A stretch of 64,000 bases of DNA from the human T2T-CHM13v2.0 reference genome, Homo sapiens: the NCBI RefSeq assembly GCF_009914755.1, contig NC_060925.1. One strand, written 5' to 3'. Below, piece after piece: positions 61,817 through 64,000 of this stretch. The translations under genes and the position numbers were made by a program. The stretch's first letter is position 1; every line of letters begins with the position of its first letter. The notes below the pieces were generated by a model. The model made no database searches, was not told the DNA's origin, and was given only the letters and a program-made list of their open reading frames with translations.

Positions 61817-62146
61817 CTCTTGATCCTTTCCCCTGAACCTCCTCTTGATCCTTTCCCCTGAACCTCCTCTTGATCCTTTCCCCTGAACCTCCTCTTGATC
61901 CTTTCCCCTGAACCTCCTCTTGATCCTTTCCCCTGAACCTCCTCTTGATCCTTTCCCCTGAACCTCCTCTTGATCCTTTCCCCTGAACCTCCTCTTCATC
62001 CTTTCCCCTGAACCTCCTCTTCATCCTTTCCCCTGAACCTCCTCTTCATCCTTTCCCCTGAACCTCCTCTTCATCCTTTCCCCTGAACCTCCTCTTCATC
62101 CTTTCCCCTGAACCTCCTCTTGATCCTTTCCCCTGAACCTCCTCTT
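61817..62146 (+). repeat. Minisatellite: 13 copies of a 25-bp unit CTCTT(G/C)ATCCTTTCCCCTGAACCTC, inside an L2 element
   Basis: Exact 25-bp period; variant order G x7, C x5, G x1; flanks resemble L2. Confidence 0.95.
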
Positions 62147-62534
62147 TCTGTAGTTTTGCACCACAATAAATGGCAACCCAGTCCAAGTTGCTTATAACAG
62201 AAAGAGGCGGGTCATCCATAATTCTTTTTTCTCCTCCCTTCCCCCATTCAACCCTGATACAAGGTCCAGCTAATCCTACCTCTAACGTGCTCACTGGACT
62301 TGTCCATGCTCTCCACTTCCACTGTGGTCCACATCACCCTTGTCCCTCCCTTTTATGATGATTGTAACCAGTCTCCTTGCTCTCACTCTTATGTCCTCCA
62401 ATCTACGTTCCTTACAGTTGCCAGCGATTTTTAAAAATTAGTAATTATTTTATTTTCTATAGCGTAGCAGTAAAAAGAATGGGCTGTGCAGCCAGACAGA
62501 TGGGATAGTTATCTATTGCTGCATCTCATCACTT

Positions 62535-62670
62535 CTGCCTGCCTGCCTGCCTGCCTGCCTGCCTTCCTTCCTTTCCTTCCTTCCTTCCTTTCCTTCCTTC
62601 CTTTCCTTCCTTCCTTCCTTCCTCCCTGCCTCCCTTCCTTCCTCACTCCCTCCCTTCCTTTTTTTCTTTT
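62535..62670. repeat. (CCTG)n(CCTT)n compound microsatellite, Alu-tail derived
   Basis: Read directly. Confidence 0.9.
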
Positions 62671-62673
62671 TGA

Positions 62674-62844
<171 letters not shown>

Positions 62845-63653
62845 TAGAAACAGGGTTTCGCCATGTTGTCCAGGCTGATCTCAAACTCATGGGCTCAAGG
62901 GATCTGCCTGCCTCAACCTCCCAAAATGCTGGGATTACAGGTGTGAGTCACCCAGCCACCTCATGTCTTCTGTGGTCAGGAATCTGGGCATACCTGAGCT
63001 GGGAGCCTCTGCCTCAAGGCCTGCCACAAGTCTGCAATCAAGGTGTCAGCCAGGGCTTTGGTCTCATCTGAAAGCTGAACTCGGGCAGGATCTGCATCCA
63101 AACTCATTCAAGTGGTTGGTGACAGGATTCATGTGCCTATGGTTGGAGCCCTCATTGAGTGAATTGCCCCACGGGCTGCTGGTGTCCATCATCAGCTGTG
63201 CCCTGACATGTTTGGCACAGATCAGGCTCAGTAAATGTTGAGTTATCCTGATGTTAAAGTGGAATTGCGGTGGTAAATATGCTGTCTCTGTCTTCCCGTC
63301 ACTGGTGATACCCAGTTCGAGGCTGGATCACATCACTGTCCTCTTCTACATCCTTCAATGGCTTCCATCCCATTGAAGATAAAACCAAATTCCCGCTGGT
63401 GCCCAAGGCCCTGCCAGCTGTCCCACTGAGCTTCGAGTGCACCAGTCTGTTTCTCATTTTGGGGTCTGCACACCATTCAACTCTGCCTGGCTAACTCCCA
63501 CTTATTCTCCAGGTATAAGCTTAATTACTACTTCCTCAGAGAAGCCTTCTTTGAATGCTTAATCTAAATTAGATCCCCTGGTATATATTTCCATAACACA
63601 TTGGATTGTACTTACTACAGCTTGAAATTATATCTTTATGGTGTTTTTGATTA

Positions 63654-63942
<289 letters not shown>

Positions 63943-64000
63943 TCATCTCAAAATAAACAAACAAACAAACAAAAGCAAAAACAAAAACCTGTCTCCCTCT

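Noticed and set aside
61754-62294. Repetitive KRRFRGKDQEEVQGKG ORFs, and a possible CRISPR-like array
   Set aside because: Translation of the 25-bp VNTR; units are head to tail with no unique spacers and the context is mammalian
62535-62562. (CCTG)n as a disease-type expansion
   Set aside because: Only about 7 units, intergenic and Alu-tail derived

Overview
Human (primate) genomic DNA, very Alu-rich. The left half holds the 5' part of ABCB10, the mitochondrial inner-membrane ABC half-transporter, on the minus strand. Its CpG-island promoter and exon 1 lie at about 32.7-34.1 kb, and coding exons 1-10 run down to position 702. All ten exons have GT-AG junctions and join into an open 1906-nt CDS (presequence, transmembrane domain, Walker A, Q-loop, start of the LSGGQ signature). 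The remaining exons are left of the window. The right half is intergenic upstream sequence: Alus, L1/L2/MIR, MaLR LTRs, a decayed ERVL pol fragment, Tigger/hAT fossils, an HMGN2 processed pseudogene and a 25-bp minisatellite. The most unusual items are (i) a 150-bp inverted repeat in intron 1 bounded by TTAA, whose transition differences all read as G-U wobbles on one strand; (ii) a tailless 5'-half tRNA-Gly(GCC) retrocopy with a target-site duplication (TSD), antisense to the pre-mRNA; (iii) a U4 snRNA retrocopy split at its Sm site by an Alu-in-Alu and itself inside an L1, with a fold-back junction; (iv) a 5S rRNA pseudogene; and (v) an out-of-frame strong-Kozak ORF overlapping the presequence. 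I found no convincing novel multi-gene system. Almost all other ORFs in the track are Alu, repeat or GC-content artefacts. Repeat boundaries and subfamily calls were made by eye and are approximate.
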